Shown piece by piece: positions 51,590 through 63,733 of a stretch of DNA of 64,000 bases (positions are counted from its first letter, which is position 1; the number at the start of each line of letters is the position of its first letter). Made by a program: the position numbers and the translations under genes. The notes beneath the pieces are model-generated. The model was not told the origin of the DNA. It saw only the letters and a program-made list of their open reading frames with translations, and made no database searches. The DNA lies in assembly GCA_030425705.1 (NCBI GenBank), contig JAUHZU010000004.1:267132-331131 (forward strand), given 5' to 3'. This stretch comes from Phycisphaerae bacterium (GTDB lineage Bacteria; Planctomycetota; Phycisphaerae; Phycisphaerales; Phycisphaeraceae).

Positions 51590-53341
51590 GTGACCACCCC
51601 ACCCCCGCCCCATACCGACGGCCCGCCGCCGATGCCCGCGCTCACCGAGCTGGTCGACCGCGAAACCCTCCAGGACATCCAGGACAACTTCACCGCGTTC
51701 GCCCGCCTCGCGACCGAGGTGCTCGACGCCGACGGCCGGCCCATTACCGCGCCGACCGACCCCACCCACCGCATCGCGTCGGACATGGCGCTACAACTGC
51801 TCATCGAGACCGAGCAGGCCCAGGACGGATCGCTGAGCGCGCCCATCGTCGTCAACGGCGAGACGCTCGGGTCGATCGTCATCCACCCCGGCCAGATCGC
51901 GCCCGACGCGGCGATCACCGACGCCGACCGCGAGCGGCTCGAATCGATCTGCGACCGGCTGAAGATCGCCGGCCGGGACCGGGCCGAGCTGTTCGACGCC
52001 GCCGAGGACACCTACGCCGCGAAGGTCGGCGCATCGATCCAGTTCCTCTACCTCATCGCGAACGCGATCGCCCAGCTCTGCTACGAGCAGCACGAGAACC
52101 AGCAGCGGCTCCGCGAGCTGTCGGCCCTGTACGACATCTCCACCGCGTTGGCCAGCCAGCGCGAGCTGGGGCCGATCCTCGAGACGGCGGCCCACACGGT
52201 TGCGCGCGTCCTCTCGGTCCGCGCGGTGGTCATCCGCCTGCTTCGCACCCGCCAGGGCAAGCCGGAGCTGCAGTCCGCCGCGGTCTTCGGCATGTCGGAC
52301 GAGCTGGCCGACAAGGGCAAGACGCTCGTCAACAAGAGCGAGCTGACGCGCAAAGCCCTGGCCGGCGAGATGGTCTACATCGCCGACATGACCACCGACC
52401 CGCGCAGCTTCTACCCCGAGGACTGCAAACGCGAGGGCGTCGTCTCCATGCTCTCCACCGGGCTGATGGTCCAGGACCAGGGCATCGGCACGATCCAGCT
52501 CTTCACCGGACAGCCGCGCACGTTCACCCACTTCGAGGAAGACCTCACCCGCGCGATCGCGCAGCTCGTCGCGACCGCCATCCGCAACGCGCAGCTCATC
52601 GACGAGCAGAGCCGCACCCGCGCGATCATCCGCCAGGTCAAGCTCGCACGCGACGTGCAGCGGCGGATGCTCCCCCAGTACGAGCCGGCCCTGCCGGGCT
52701 ACGACATCGCCGGGGCCTACGTGCCCTCCTACGACCTGGGCGGCGACTTCTACGACTACATCAACCTCGAGGGCTCGCTGGGCCTGGCGATGGGCGACGT
52801 GGTCGGCAAGGGGGTCGCGGCGTCGCTGCTCATGGCCCACGTCCGCGCGTCGCTGCGCGCCTACGCCCACGGGCTCTACGACCTGGACAAGGTCATGGAA
52901 CGTGTCAACCACGCGCTCACCCGCGACACCCGCGACAACGAGTTCGCCACGCTGTGGTACGGCACGCTGGACCCGCGCACCCGCCGGCTCACCTACTGCA
53001 ACGCCGGGCACGAGCCGGGCCTGCTCCTCCGCGACGGCCGGATCATCCCGCTCGACACCGGCGGCATGGTCGTGGGCATCCTCTCGCCGCTGCACTACGA
53101 CAAGGGCGTCATCGACCTGCGGCCCGGCGACACGCTGCTGCTGCACTCCGACGGCCTGCCCGACGCGATGGACGCGCAAGACCAGCGCTTCGGCCGGGAA
53201 CGCGTCGAAGGACTGCTGCGCGCCACCGAGGGCCGGACCGCGCGTCAGGCCGTCGCCGACATCCGCCGTGCCGTCAAGGAACACCAGGGCACCCGCCGCG
53301 CCGCGGACGACCTGACGCTGGTGGTGGTGAAGGTCTCGTAG
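51590..53341 (+). CDS. GAF-domain-containing PP2C-family serine phosphatase (RsbU/SpoIIE-like)
   Basis: N-terminal GAF region and a C-terminal PPM/SpoIIE domain (YDLGGDFYDY ... GDVVGKGVAASLLMAHVRASLRAYA ... LLLHSDGLPDA). It uses a GTG start. Confidence 0.8.
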   Translation: MTTPPPPHTDGPPPMPALTELVDRETLQDIQDNFTAFARLATEVLDADGRPITAPTDPTHRIASDMALQLLIETEQAQDGSLSAPIVVNGETLGSIVIHPGQIAPDAAITDADRERLESICDRLKIAGRDRAELFDAAEDTYAAKVGASIQFLYLIANAIAQLCYEQHENQQRLRELSALYDISTALASQRELGPILETAAHTVARVLSVRAVVIRLLRTRQGKPELQSAAVFGMSDELADKGKTLVNKSELTRKALAGEMVYIADMTTDPRSFYPEDCKREGVVSMLSTGLMVQDQGIGTIQLFTGQPRTFTHFEEDLTRAIAQLVATAIRNAQLIDEQSRTRAIIRQVKLARDVQRRMLPQYEPALPGYDIAGAYVPSYDLGGDFYDYINLEGSLGLAMGDVVGKGVAASLLMAHVRASLRAYAHGLYDLDKVMERVNHALTRDTRDNEFATLWYGTLDPRTRRLTYCNAGHEPGLLLRDGRIIPLDTGGMVVGILSPLHYDKGVIDLRPGDTLLLHSDGLPDAMDAQDQRFGRERVEGLLRATEGRTARQAVADIRRAVKEHQGTRRAADDLTLVVVKVS

Positions 53342-53367
53342 CGGAAGCCCGCCAGGGTCTACTAAAA

Positions 53368-53396
53368 GAAGCCCACGCCGTGACGGCGTGGGCTTC
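53368..53396. terminator. Bidirectional terminator; second copy of the gaagcccacgccgtgacggcgtgggcttc palindrome, between the convergent phosphatase and alpha-2-macroglobulin genes
   Basis: The sequence is identical to 44730..44758. Confidence 0.7.
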
Positions 53397-53421
53397 GGGA
53401 GATCCACTCAACACGCGTCGC

Positions 53422-56400
53422 TCACTCGCCCCGCAGCGGGGTGATCTCAACGGTCAGGCCGTCGGCCCAGTGCTTGTGCTCGTGGGTGTAGTACAGGTAC
53501 ACCCGGCTCGCGGGGCCGGTGTATGTCCCGGGCACGGCCGCGACACACGAGATCGGCAGTTCGACGACCTGCTCGGGCTGCATCTCGCGCCAATAGAGCA
53601 CAACGTCCCGGCCGATCACCTCGAACGACGCGATCGTGCCGGCCTCAACCAGCTCCTTGAGCTGGTCGTAACGCGGCTCCAGCCCGCCGGGGATGCCGAC
53701 GATCGCCAGCGGCGTGGGGAGCCCCTCGGCGGTGGTGTTGGTGACGGTGACGTTGATCTCGGTCGTCTCGCCCTCGCCGACCCGATGGCCGGGGTGGCTG
53801 CGGACGACCGGGCCGGCCAACTCGGTCTCGATCCGTAGCGCGCACTCGGGGCTGCTGGCCGGGGTCTCGGCGAAGAACTCGATGGCGATGGAGTACGGCA
53901 TCTTGCTGCCGCCGGTCATCTGCACCGCGACGGTGTGTTCGCCGGGCGTCAGCAGCGCGGCGATGTCGGGCAGCTTCAATGCGCCCTTGGTTTCTTCATC
54001 AAACGCCAGCGGTTCGCCGACGATGTTGCCATCGACGACCAGCACCAGTTCGCCCGGTGCCTTGGGCACGGCCCGCGCCGCGTCGTAGGCGACGATCGCC
54101 TTGAGCGCCAGCACGGTCGACTGCGTCGAGCCGAATGCCCCGGCCTTGCATCGCTCGGTCAGCCAGAGGATCGAGCGCTCGACCTGGCCGGTGAACGCGT
54201 CGTCCCTGAGCCAGGCGAGGATCGCCAGCGAGGTCGTCTCGATGTTCAGCGCGTTACCGCCGGAGCGGGTGATGCTGGTGACCGCGCCGTCGACGTAGCC
54301 CTCGGCGTTGAGCTTGTCGGCCAGCTTGGTCATCAACTGCTGTGCGATCCCGGCGTGTTGCTCGGCCATCGCTTCGAGTTTCGCGATGTCGCCCGCGTCG
54401 CTGCTCAGCACCGCGTCGCCTTCGTAGTGGCGGGCGACGATGTGCGCGATGTTAGCGCCCAACGCGATGATGTAAGCGTCCTCGCCGTCCCGCGCGAGTG
54501 TCAGCACACGCTCGATCGACGCCTCGATCCGCTCGGGCCGCATCCCCGCTTCGAGCAGCGACCAGACGATGTACGCGTCCGTCGTGTCCTGGGGTGCACG
54601 GCCGAACGAATCGAGCGCCTTGCTGTCCAGCTCGAACGAGCCATCAGTCCCGCAACGGCCGAGCAGCCACTCCTGCGTGCGGTCGATCATGGCCTGATCG
54701 ACGTCCATGACCTCCTTCATCTCGTTGAACTGCAGCAGGCCGTAGGCCGTGAGCGCCTCGTGCGGCGGCGTGGAGCCGAACCACTCGTAGCCGTCGTTGT
54801 CGGTCTCGAAGCCGACGAGGCGTTGGTAGCCGGCGTCGAGCTTCTCGCGCGCGGCAGCGATCAGCTCGGGGTCGACACCCTGGTGGGTGAGGAAGTACTG
54901 CTGGGCCATAACCAGCGGGAAGGTGGTGGAGCTGGTCTGCTCGAAGCAGCCGTAGGGGTCGCGGATGAGCGCTTCGAGGGCCTCGGTGAGGTTGGCCAGC
55001 GGCGTCGGGTAGACGGTGACGCTGGCGTGCAGCGAGCCGGGCACGACGGTGTCGGGCACGACGATGGTGTCGCCCGCCTCGCCGTCGGGCTGGAGCATGC
55101 CGCCGCTGCCCGCGTCGATCGGGAAGCCGCGCGGGACGACGCGGAGGCGTCGGCGGTTCTCGTCGAACATGCCGCCCGCCCGCGCTTCGATGTTGAACGC
55201 CAGGTCGCCGTACGTCTCGCCGATCGCCAGCTCGTACAGGGAACGCTCGCGTGCGTCGGCGCCGAGCAGGACCGGGTCGAGCGTGACGGTGCCGGCCTGG
55301 CCCAGCCGGCTGACCAGCAGCTCGACGGGCAGCTCGCGGTCGGTGTTGTTCACCATCGCCAGCGGCAGGAGCACGGTGTCCCCGGCGGTGAGCTCCAGCG
55401 GCAGCTTGGGCTCGACGTAGAACGGGCGGACCGACTCGATCAGCTCGCTGCCCGCGCCCAGCGCGCCGGCCGCGGTGAAGGCATCCGCCGAGACGCGGAA
55501 GCTAGTGACGCTGTCGGAGAGGTCGAAGGTGACCGTCGCGGTGCCGTCTTCGCCGGTCTTCGTGGCGGCGGACCAGTAGACGGTCTCGGTGAAGTCGGAG
55601 CGTTCGCCGAACGGCTTGCCGGCCGGCTGCTCGTGGGCGTACTCGCGGATGAAGACCATCTGCGGCATGGCGATGCGCGCCTGTGCCCGGCGGCCAGCGA
55701 CGTTCCCGGCCACGTCCTGGTCGAACAGGGCGTCGTCGGCTTCGGCCTCTTCGAGCGCCTGGGCGATGTCCTCGGCGTTTGCATCGGCGGGCGCCGGGCC
55801 GGCCTGCGCGGCGGGGTCGGCCCCGCCCTCGCCGCCCGCGACGCCGAGCGCCGCGCCGGGCGGGGCGGCCAGGGGCATGGCCAGCTCGTCGATCGCGCCG
55901 TCGTTCTCGGCCGCGGCGTCGGCGAAACGCTCGACCTCTTCGGCGTCGTCCGCCCGGCCGCCACGGGCACGCACCGCGTTCTGCGCGGCGCGGAGCTGTT
56001 CACGCCGGATCTCCGCCCGCACCGCCAGGGCGCGTCGGCCGTCGTCGCCGTGCTCCCGCAGGAACGCCGCGACATCCACCAGCGCGAACCGGCGCCAGCC
56101 CTGCGTGCCCAGCAGCAGGTCGAGCTGCTGCGCCGCGTCGGCGTTGTCGGGGTCCAGGTACACCGCCGCGTCCATCAGCTCGCGGACTTCCTGTTCGAGC
56201 AGCACCATGGCCGGCAGGTTCGCCGACTGCTCGCGCGTCTCGATCATCTCCAACACCGCGTCGTCGGTGACGGTGACCCCGGCGAACGCGGACACGGGGT
56301 TGCCCTCGCCATCGGTCGTGCGGATCGTGATCTGCACCTCGCCGGACGGCGTGTACTGCGCCGAGTTGGGCAGGACCTCGATATTCACGCGGTCCTTGGG

Positions 56401-57828
56401 CGCGCGGTAGATCAACCGCTCGGCCAGCGGGTGGCCGGCGGCGTCGTAGGCGGTGACGGTGAGGATGCCGGACACCTCGTCAGCCAAGGCCAATGAGAGG
56501 TCCACGGTCGTGTCGTTGGTCTGGCCCGGTTCGGTGGCTTCGCGTCCCGACAGGAACTGGAACACCTGCTCGGCCACGATACGCTCACGCTGTCGGACGA
56601 TCACCTTGCCCGCGCCGATGCCGTCGAAACTGATCCCCGCGAGGTGGATGGCGAGGTCCTCTCCCGCGGCGACGACCTCCTGTGGCGTCGTCATCGCGAG
56701 CCGGTCGGTGCGGGCCTCGGGCAGCCCGAATCGCGCCGTCACGCTCTCGGGCTCCATGATCTCAATGTGGTACTCGAACCGGTCTGACATCGGCACGAAA
56801 CTGAAGACGCCGCGGCCCTCGTGGGTCGTCTCGAACTCTAGCACCGCGTGGCGGCGGAGCGCGCGAGAGAGGCGATCGGTCGCGATAATGACACCCCGGA
56901 TGTCCGCCGGCTTTCCATACGGCGTCCGCGCCTCGAAGTAAACGCGGTTCTCAACGCCGGCCACCAGGTCGCCGCCCTCGGGGTAGAACTGGATATCGAC
57001 CGTCTGCAAAAGGATCGGGATGGTCTTGCTGGCCGTCTCGACCACGCCGCCGTCCTCGATGACGAAGGCGAGCGTGCCCTCGCCGCGCTCGATGGTGTTG
57101 GGCAGATCGAATCGCGCCTCGGCGCTGCCGGTGTTGCTCATCGTCACGGGGACGCGGGCGACCTCGACGCCATCAACGCGCGCGATCGCGGTGACGGTCG
57201 CGCCTTCGGGGACGCCGCCCTCGGCACGGGTGGCTTCGAGCGTGGCGACGACGGTGTCGCCCGGGCCGTAGCCGTCGCGGAGGAACTCGATCTGCGTCTT
57301 GATGCGTGGCGGGCGGTAGGCGCGGATATCGAACGTCCGCTCGGCCGGGGCGTGGCCCGACCAGGGGTAGGTGATCTTGATGGTGTATTCGCCGCCGGCC
57401 TGGCCCTGTGGGACTTCCCACGAGAAGCCGACGGTGCTGTCCTGCATGCCCGCCTGCCCGGACGCGACGACGGCCCCCTTGGGGTCCTTGATCTCGATCG
57501 TCGGGCGGGCGCTGTTGTTTTCGTCTTCGGGCAGCGGGGTGTGGTCGAAGGCGTTGAGCACGACGCCGCGGACGTAGACGGTTTCGCCAGCCCGGTAGAT
57601 GGGCTTGTCGGTGCTGAGGTGGGTGAGGTAGCGGGCTTCGCCGCCGAGCGCGTCGGTGAGGCGCTGCTGGGGCGTTTGTTCTTCCTCGGCCTGCTCGGGC
57701 TGTTCGGGTTGACCGGGGTTGGGCTCGCCGGGGGCGATCTCGGGCGGGCCGTCCTGGGCGGTCGCGGGGACCAGGAGGCCGAGCGTGGCGACGAGGGCGG
57801 CGTAGAGCGAGGCACGGGTGGGTGACAT
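53422..57828 (-). CDS. Bacterial alpha-2-macroglobulin family protein (YfhM-like), secreted
   Basis: Signal peptide MSPTRASLYAALVATLGLLVPATAQ; the thioester-region motif (…DPYGCFEQTSSTTFPLVMAQQY, a CxEQ box); ~1470 aa of MG-domain β-architecture. GAGGAAG RBS. The ORF is open to 58104. Confidence 0.8.
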   Translation of the reverse strand: MSPTRASLYAALVATLGLLVPATAQDGPPEIAPGEPNPGQPEQPEQAEEEQTPQQRLTDALGGEARYLTHLSTDKPIYRAGETVYVRGVVLNAFDHTPLPEDENNSARPTIEIKDPKGAVVASGQAGMQDSTVGFSWEVPQGQAGGEYTIKITYPWSGHAPAERTFDIRAYRPPRIKTQIEFLRDGYGPGDTVVATLEATRAEGGVPEGATVTAIARVDGVEVARVPVTMSNTGSAEARFDLPNTIERGEGTLAFVIEDGGVVETASKTIPILLQTVDIQFYPEGGDLVAGVENRVYFEARTPYGKPADIRGVIIATDRLSRALRRHAVLEFETTHEGRGVFSFVPMSDRFEYHIEIMEPESVTARFGLPEARTDRLAMTTPQEVVAAGEDLAIHLAGISFDGIGAGKVIVRQRERIVAEQVFQFLSGREATEPGQTNDTTVDLSLALADEVSGILTVTAYDAAGHPLAERLIYRAPKDRVNIEVLPNSAQYTPSGEVQITIRTTDGEGNPVSAFAGVTVTDDAVLEMIETREQSANLPAMVLLEQEVRELMDAAVYLDPDNADAAQQLDLLLGTQGWRRFALVDVAAFLREHGDDGRRALAVRAEIRREQLRAAQNAVRARGGRADDAEEVERFADAAAENDGAIDELAMPLAAPPGAALGVAGGEGGADPAAQAGPAPADANAEDIAQALEEAEADDALFDQDVAGNVAGRRAQARIAMPQMVFIREYAHEQPAGKPFGERSDFTETVYWSAATKTGEDGTATVTFDLSDSVTSFRVSADAFTAAGALGAGSELIESVRPFYVEPKLPLELTAGDTVLLPLAMVNNTDRELPVELLVSRLGQAGTVTLDPVLLGADARERSLYELAIGETYGDLAFNIEARAGGMFDENRRRLRVVPRGFPIDAGSGGMLQPDGEAGDTIVVPDTVVPGSLHASVTVYPTPLANLTEALEALIRDPYGCFEQTSSTTFPLVMAQQYFLTHQGVDPELIAAAREKLDAGYQRLVGFETDNDGYEWFGSTPPHEALTAYGLLQFNEMKEVMDVDQAMIDRTQEWLLGRCGTDGSFELDSKALDSFGRAPQDTTDAYIVWSLLEAGMRPERIEASIERVLTLARDGEDAYIIALGANIAHIVARHYEGDAVLSSDAGDIAKLEAMAEQHAGIAQQLMTKLADKLNAEGYVDGAVTSITRSGGNALNIETTSLAILAWLRDDAFTGQVERSILWLTERCKAGAFGSTQSTVLALKAIVAYDAARAVPKAPGELVLVVDGNIVGEPLAFDEETKGALKLPDIAALLTPGEHTVAVQMTGGSKMPYSIAIEFFAETPASSPECALRIETELAGPVVRSHPGHRVGEGETTEINVTVTNTTAEGLPTPLAIVGIPGGLEPRYDQLKELVEAGTIASFEVIGRDVVLYWREMQPEQVVELPISCVAAVPGTYTGPASRVYLYYTHEHKHWADGLTVEITPLRGE

Positions 57829-57980
57829 GGGGCTTCCTCGGGGCGTGCGGACGGGGTCGGCGGGCCTATGGAGGGCGCGCAGAACCATGGTATCCCGTGT
57901 TGGACGCGGTACGATGGGCCGGGTTCCCGCGACCTCGGGAATCGGCAACCCGACCGCGACAAGACCCCCGGCCGACCGCC

Positions 57981-59744
<1,764 letters not shown>

Positions 59745-59771
59745 CGCGTCTTCCGTCCTCGGCCACGAGAC

Positions 59772-60704
59772 TCAGGTCTGCCCGAGCCAGACGGTGCCGC
59801 TCTTCTGCTCTGCGTCGCGGAACGCCTGGCGGAGGGTCTGCACCACCTGGTCGCGGAGCGGGTGCTTCGCCGCGGCGTCGATATTGACCCGTGCGTTGAC
59901 CGTGCTGGTCGTGCCGACGATCGCCGTGTCCACGCCCTTCACCGCGAGGGTGAACTTCAGCGCGATCTCCGGCCACTCGACCTCGGGGTGGCCGTGGTAC
60001 CCCAGGTCGTGCGGGGTAACGTCCATCTCCTTGAGCCGCTCGTGGTAGGTCTTGGCGTACTGCTGGTACATGCCCCGCTGCTTGTTGAGCGGGTTCCACG
60101 CGGCGTTGGCGATCGGCCGCTTGGCGATCACACCGACGCTGTGCTCGGCGCAGGCGGGCAGGACCACGTCGATGTTCCGCTGGTCGGCGATATTGACAGA
60201 CATCTCGATCACCTCGACGCCGTCGAGCCCCGCGGCGTGCGCGGCCGTCTCGTTGTCGCCGGAGTACCCCGCGTGGCGGACCTTGCCCTCCGCGCGCAGC
60301 TCCAGCAGTGCCCCCAACGCCTCGCCCCGGTCCAGCACGTCGCGCTCGCAGCTGTGCAGCAGCACCACGTCCAGGTGGTCGGTGTGCAGGCGCTCCAGCG
60401 AACGCTCGACCGACGCGCGGATCAGCTCCGGCGACCAGGCGTCGTAGGAGAACGCCTTCTCGGCGTGCCCGGCCTTGGAGACGAGCACCACGTCGTCGCG
60501 GTGGCCTTTCAGCGCGTCGCCGAGCAGCTGCTCCGCGCCGCGGTACATCGCCGCGGTATCGAAGAGGTTGACCCCGCCTTCGAGCAGCAGGTCGACGAGC
60601 TTGCCGACCTGGGTCGGCGGCGTTTCGAGGAAGCCGATCGGCGCGGCGCCGAAGCCGAGCCGGCTGACCGTGAGGTCGGTTTGTCCGAGGGGGGTGCGTT
60701 GCAT
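59772..60704 (-). CDS. Aldo/keto reductase family oxidoreductase
   Basis: AKR signature blocks (LGFGAAPIG ... NLFDTAAMYRGAEQLLG ... HLDVVLLHS ... KVRHAGYS). Confidence 0.85.
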   Translation of the reverse strand: MQRTPLGQTDLTVSRLGFGAAPIGFLETPPTQVGKLVDLLLEGGVNLFDTAAMYRGAEQLLGDALKGHRDDVVLVSKAGHAEKAFSYDAWSPELIRASVERSLERLHTDHLDVVLLHSCERDVLDRGEALGALLELRAEGKVRHAGYSGDNETAAHAAGLDGVEVIEMSVNIADQRNIDVVLPACAEHSVGVIAKRPIANAAWNPLNKQRGMYQQYAKTYHERLKEMDVTPHDLGYHGHPEVEWPEIALKFTLAVKGVDTAIVGTTSTVNARVNIDAAAKHPLRDQVVQTLRQAFRDAEQKSGTVWLGQT

Positions 60705-60810
60705 AGACGGGCATTTTAGCCGGTGCCGCTGCGCCGGTCGGCCCCGTGACTAAAACTGCACAAACGGTGGAAGAACCGCGGCCGGGACCGCCTACCGGAA
60801 CAACCCGCGC

Positions 60811-61569
60811 TCACTTGAACCGGCGGGTCAGCAGCGCCCGGATGATCCGGCTGGACAGCTTCTGCTTGCTCTTGGGGGCGTGCATCTGCCGCGACCAGCG
60901 GTTGGCGAGGACCGTCAGGTAGCCGAACCACACGACCGTCGCGCCCAGTGTCAGCGCCGCGACCAGCCGGTGCACGAACATCTGCTCGTCCACGAACCCG
61001 ACGAACAGGTCCCAGCAGACGTGCAGCCCCATCACCCCGGCCAACCCCTTGGCGACCTGGGCTTTGCAGGGCTTCTTCATCACGACCAGCCCCAGCGCGA
61101 ACCCGCCGACCCCGCCCCAGCAGGTGTGCATCAGCAGCCGGACCGCGTCCTGCGCCCGCTGGTGCAGCATCGCCAGCCACGGGTCCGCCGGGCCGTGGAA
61201 CATGAACCACACGCTCTCGTACAGCGCCGCGCCCAGCCCCGCAATCGCCCCGTAGATCAGCCCGTCCATCGGGTCGTTGAAGTGCCTGCGAAACATCAGC
61301 AGCACCGCCACCGGCACCGCGAACTTGGCCAGCTCCTCCAGCGTGCCGGCCAGCAGGGCGTGGACCAGGTGGTGGTCGTAAGGCAGGCCCGACCGCGCCG
61401 CGGCCAGCAGCAGCGCGTTCTCCAGAAAAAACGCGGCCGACATCCCCACCGCCCCGCCCGCGACCGCCAGGGCGAGCATCCACCACGGCTCGCGCTCGTG
61501 CATGTCGTAGCGGTACACGACGGACCCGAACAGGAGCCCGCCCAGCGTGAGGAGGATGTACGACAGCAT
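60811..61569 (-). CDS. PrsW-family intramembrane metalloprotease-like protein
   Basis: Polytopic membrane protein with PrsW-like motif positions (EELAKF; LYESVWF; HTCWGGVGG). The ORF is open to 61707; the ATG at 61569 was chosen. Confidence 0.55.
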   Translation of the reverse strand: MLSYILLTLGGLLFGSVVYRYDMHEREPWWMLALAVAGGAVGMSAAFFLENALLLAAARSGLPYDHHLVHALLAGTLEELAKFAVPVAVLLMFRRHFNDPMDGLIYGAIAGLGAALYESVWFMFHGPADPWLAMLHQRAQDAVRLLMHTCWGGVGGFALGLVVMKKPCKAQVAKGLAGVMGLHVCWDLFVGFVDEQMFVHRLVAALTLGATVVWFGYLTVLANRWSRQMHAPKSKQKLSSRIIRALLTRRFK

Positions 61570-61722
61570 CGCGGAAGTGTAGCGTGTGCGGCGCATGTGA
61601 AACACGCACGTGCATACTCCACCGCTGACCGCGCGTGTTCTCGAAGCTCGCGAACAATATCCGTGGGACCCGGCCTCGGACGGGCCGGGCTTCTGCAAAA
61701 TCAACACAGCTCAAACACAGAG

Positions 61723-62094
61723 CTACATCGACATCAAGACATCTTCGCGCCCGTCCAGCCCGCCATCCTCAAACCCGACTTCCGTCTCCGGGCACCCCGC
61801 CGCGTCGCCGAGGTAGTCGTGCAGGATCTCCTCGCCGGGCAGGATGTCGCGCAGCGCGACCACCGTCAGGTCGTCGAAGTACGCGGCGTTGGGCGTCTCG
61901 CTGTGGTTGATGAACCGCAGGTCGCAGGTGACCTTCACCGGCTGCTCGCCGTCCACCCACAGGACGTAGGGCCCGTCGAGCTCGTGGTCGCCCGCGGGCT
62001 CGGTCGCTAGGTGGCCGACGACGGTCTCGGCGGGGATGAACGCACGGGCGAACAGCCCGCGCCCGTGCAGGGGGCTTTGTCTGACTTCAAACAT
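61723..62094 (-). CDS. SET-domain protein (putative lysine methyltransferase)
   Basis: GRGLFARAFIPAETVVGHL ... RFINHSETPNAAY ... GEEILHDY, the hallmark SET motifs. ~124 aa. Confidence 0.7.
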   Translation of the reverse strand: MFEVRQSPLHGRGLFARAFIPAETVVGHLATEPAGDHELDGPYVLWVDGEQPVKVTCDLRFINHSETPNAAYFDDLTVVALRDILPGEEILHDYLGDAAGCPETEVGFEDGGLDGREDVLMSM

Positions 62095-62252
62095 GAGGCG
62101 TGATCTCGCGGCGCGTGGGGACAACTCAACACAAACGCCCGGCGGAGTTTCGGAGCCCGCCGGGCGACGCGGGATGATAGCGGAACACGCCGATTTGTAA
62201 AGTGTTTTTCGATGCGCGCTAGCGATGTGAGCGCATGCGATTCCTGGCGGTG

Positions 62253-63668
62253 CTATCCGAATAAGACACTGAGCCGGTCAAAGGTGTCGCGCATCGTTTC
62301 GAGTTGTTCCCGGTAGTCCGGTTCATCCGCCAGGTTGTGGACCTCCAGCGGATCGGCCTCGCGGTCAAAGAGCTGTTCAATGACAGGGTCCGTGTCGTAG
62401 TAGCGCAGGTACTTGAAGCGCGGGCCGACGACACCCTCCGACCGCGGGATGGCCCCGTGACGGAACCGGTGTTCGTAGAAGAACGTGTCCCGCCAACCGG
62501 CGGGCTCGCCGTCGAGCAGGGGTGTGAGGTCCGCCCCTTGCATGCTGCCGACGCGTGGCAGGCCGGCGAGCCCGACCATCGTCGGCGCGAGGTCGAGGTT
62601 CAGCACCATCTCCTCGCGCACCTGCCCGTGAAGGTCTGCCGGCAACCGCGGGTCCGCGATGATGAGCGGGATGCGGATCGACTCGTCGTAGCCAATCCAT
62701 TTACCGGCAAGCCCCCACTCGCCCAGGAAAAAGCCGTTGTCGCTGGTGAAGATGATGACCGTGTGGTCGAGCAGCCCTTGGTGCTCGAGCTGCGCGACGA
62801 CCCGGCCGACCACGGCGTCGATCCCGCTGACCAGCCGGTAATAGTTGCGGACGGATTCCTGGTATGCGTCGTCGCCATCGAAGCGCAGCCGCCAGCGGCG
62901 TCGGCCCTCGTAGCCTTCGTTGGCGAGGAGCGCGGGCAGGTCCTCGAAGCGGCGCTGCTCGTGCCCGGCCGGGGGCGGGATCTCGACGCCTTCATAAAGA
63001 GGCATAAACGCGGGGTCGGGGATGAACTGGCGCGGGTCGTTGTCCTGCACATGCGGGGCCTTGAAGTGCAAGGAAAGGAGGAACGGCTGGTCCGCTGTGC
63101 AGGTTTCCAGAAACGCGACGGCCCGGTTGCCCAGCAGCGCGGTCAGGTGGATCGGGTGGCCGTCGTCGTCCTCGTGCTCGTAGCGCGACTGGTGCTCGAA
63201 CCAATAGTCGAACGAGGGGCGGTAGCGGTCGAGCTGCGCGATGCCGAACTTGCCGACAAACCCGCTGCGGTAGCCCGCGTCGTGGAGGATCGCGGGGTAG
63301 GTCTGCGCCCACTGCGCTTCACTAAGCGGCTGATTGAACTGGTGGATGCCGTGCCGGCTGGCGTACTGGCCGGTGAAGAAGCTGGCTCGGCTGGTGCAGC
63401 AGATCGGCGTGGTGACGTAGGCGTCCGTGAAGCGCGTCCCGCGCTCGGCCAGCGCGTCGATGTGCGGGGTCTGGACGATGGCGTTGCCCGCGCAGCCCAG
63501 CGCATCGTGCCGCAGGTCGTCGGCGAGGAAGACGATGATGTTGGGGCGCGGGGCGTCGGCCTGCGCAGCGTCGGAACCGTTCTCCTGGGCGGCTGAAACC
63601 ACGGGGGACAGCCACGCCACCGCGACGACGAGCCAGGCGATCGGGCGAGGCATCGGTGGGGTTCGCAC
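62253..63668 (-). CDS. Sulfatase (arylsulfatase family) with signal peptide
   Basis: IVFLADDLRHDALG ... TPICCTSRASFFTGQY (a sulfatase signature with Thr in place of the usual Pro) ... GKW ... metal-binding residues. A minus-strand stem-loop (cgcccggcgg…ccgccgggcg) lies downstream at ~62128-62158. Confidence 0.8.
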   Translation of the reverse strand: MRTPPMPRPIAWLVVAVAWLSPVVSAAQENGSDAAQADAPRPNIIVFLADDLRHDALGCAGNAIVQTPHIDALAERGTRFTDAYVTTPICCTSRASFFTGQYASRHGIHQFNQPLSEAQWAQTYPAILHDAGYRSGFVGKFGIAQLDRYRPSFDYWFEHQSRYEHEDDDGHPIHLTALLGNRAVAFLETCTADQPFLLSLHFKAPHVQDNDPRQFIPDPAFMPLYEGVEIPPPAGHEQRRFEDLPALLANEGYEGRRRWRLRFDGDDAYQESVRNYYRLVSGIDAVVGRVVAQLEHQGLLDHTVIIFTSDNGFFLGEWGLAGKWIGYDESIRIPLIIADPRLPADLHGQVREEMVLNLDLAPTMVGLAGLPRVGSMQGADLTPLLDGEPAGWRDTFFYEHRFRHGAIPRSEGVVGPRFKYLRYYDTDPVIEQLFDREADPLEVHNLADEPDYREQLETMRDTFDRLSVLFG

Positions 63669-63733
63669 GGGCTGCTCCTTGGGTTGTCGGGACCCGGGCC
63701 CATCGGGCGTGGGCTTCGCGGGGGCCGTGGCCT

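Noticed and set aside
49581-53407. Minus-strand ORFs of 673 aa and 538 aa opposite the secreted protein and the GAF-PP2C phosphatase
   Set aside because: Shadow ORFs; the PP2C motifs are on the plus strand.
53935-56496. 853-aa plus-strand ORF inside the alpha-2-macroglobulin gene
   Set aside because: It is antisense to the motif-supported A2M ORF.
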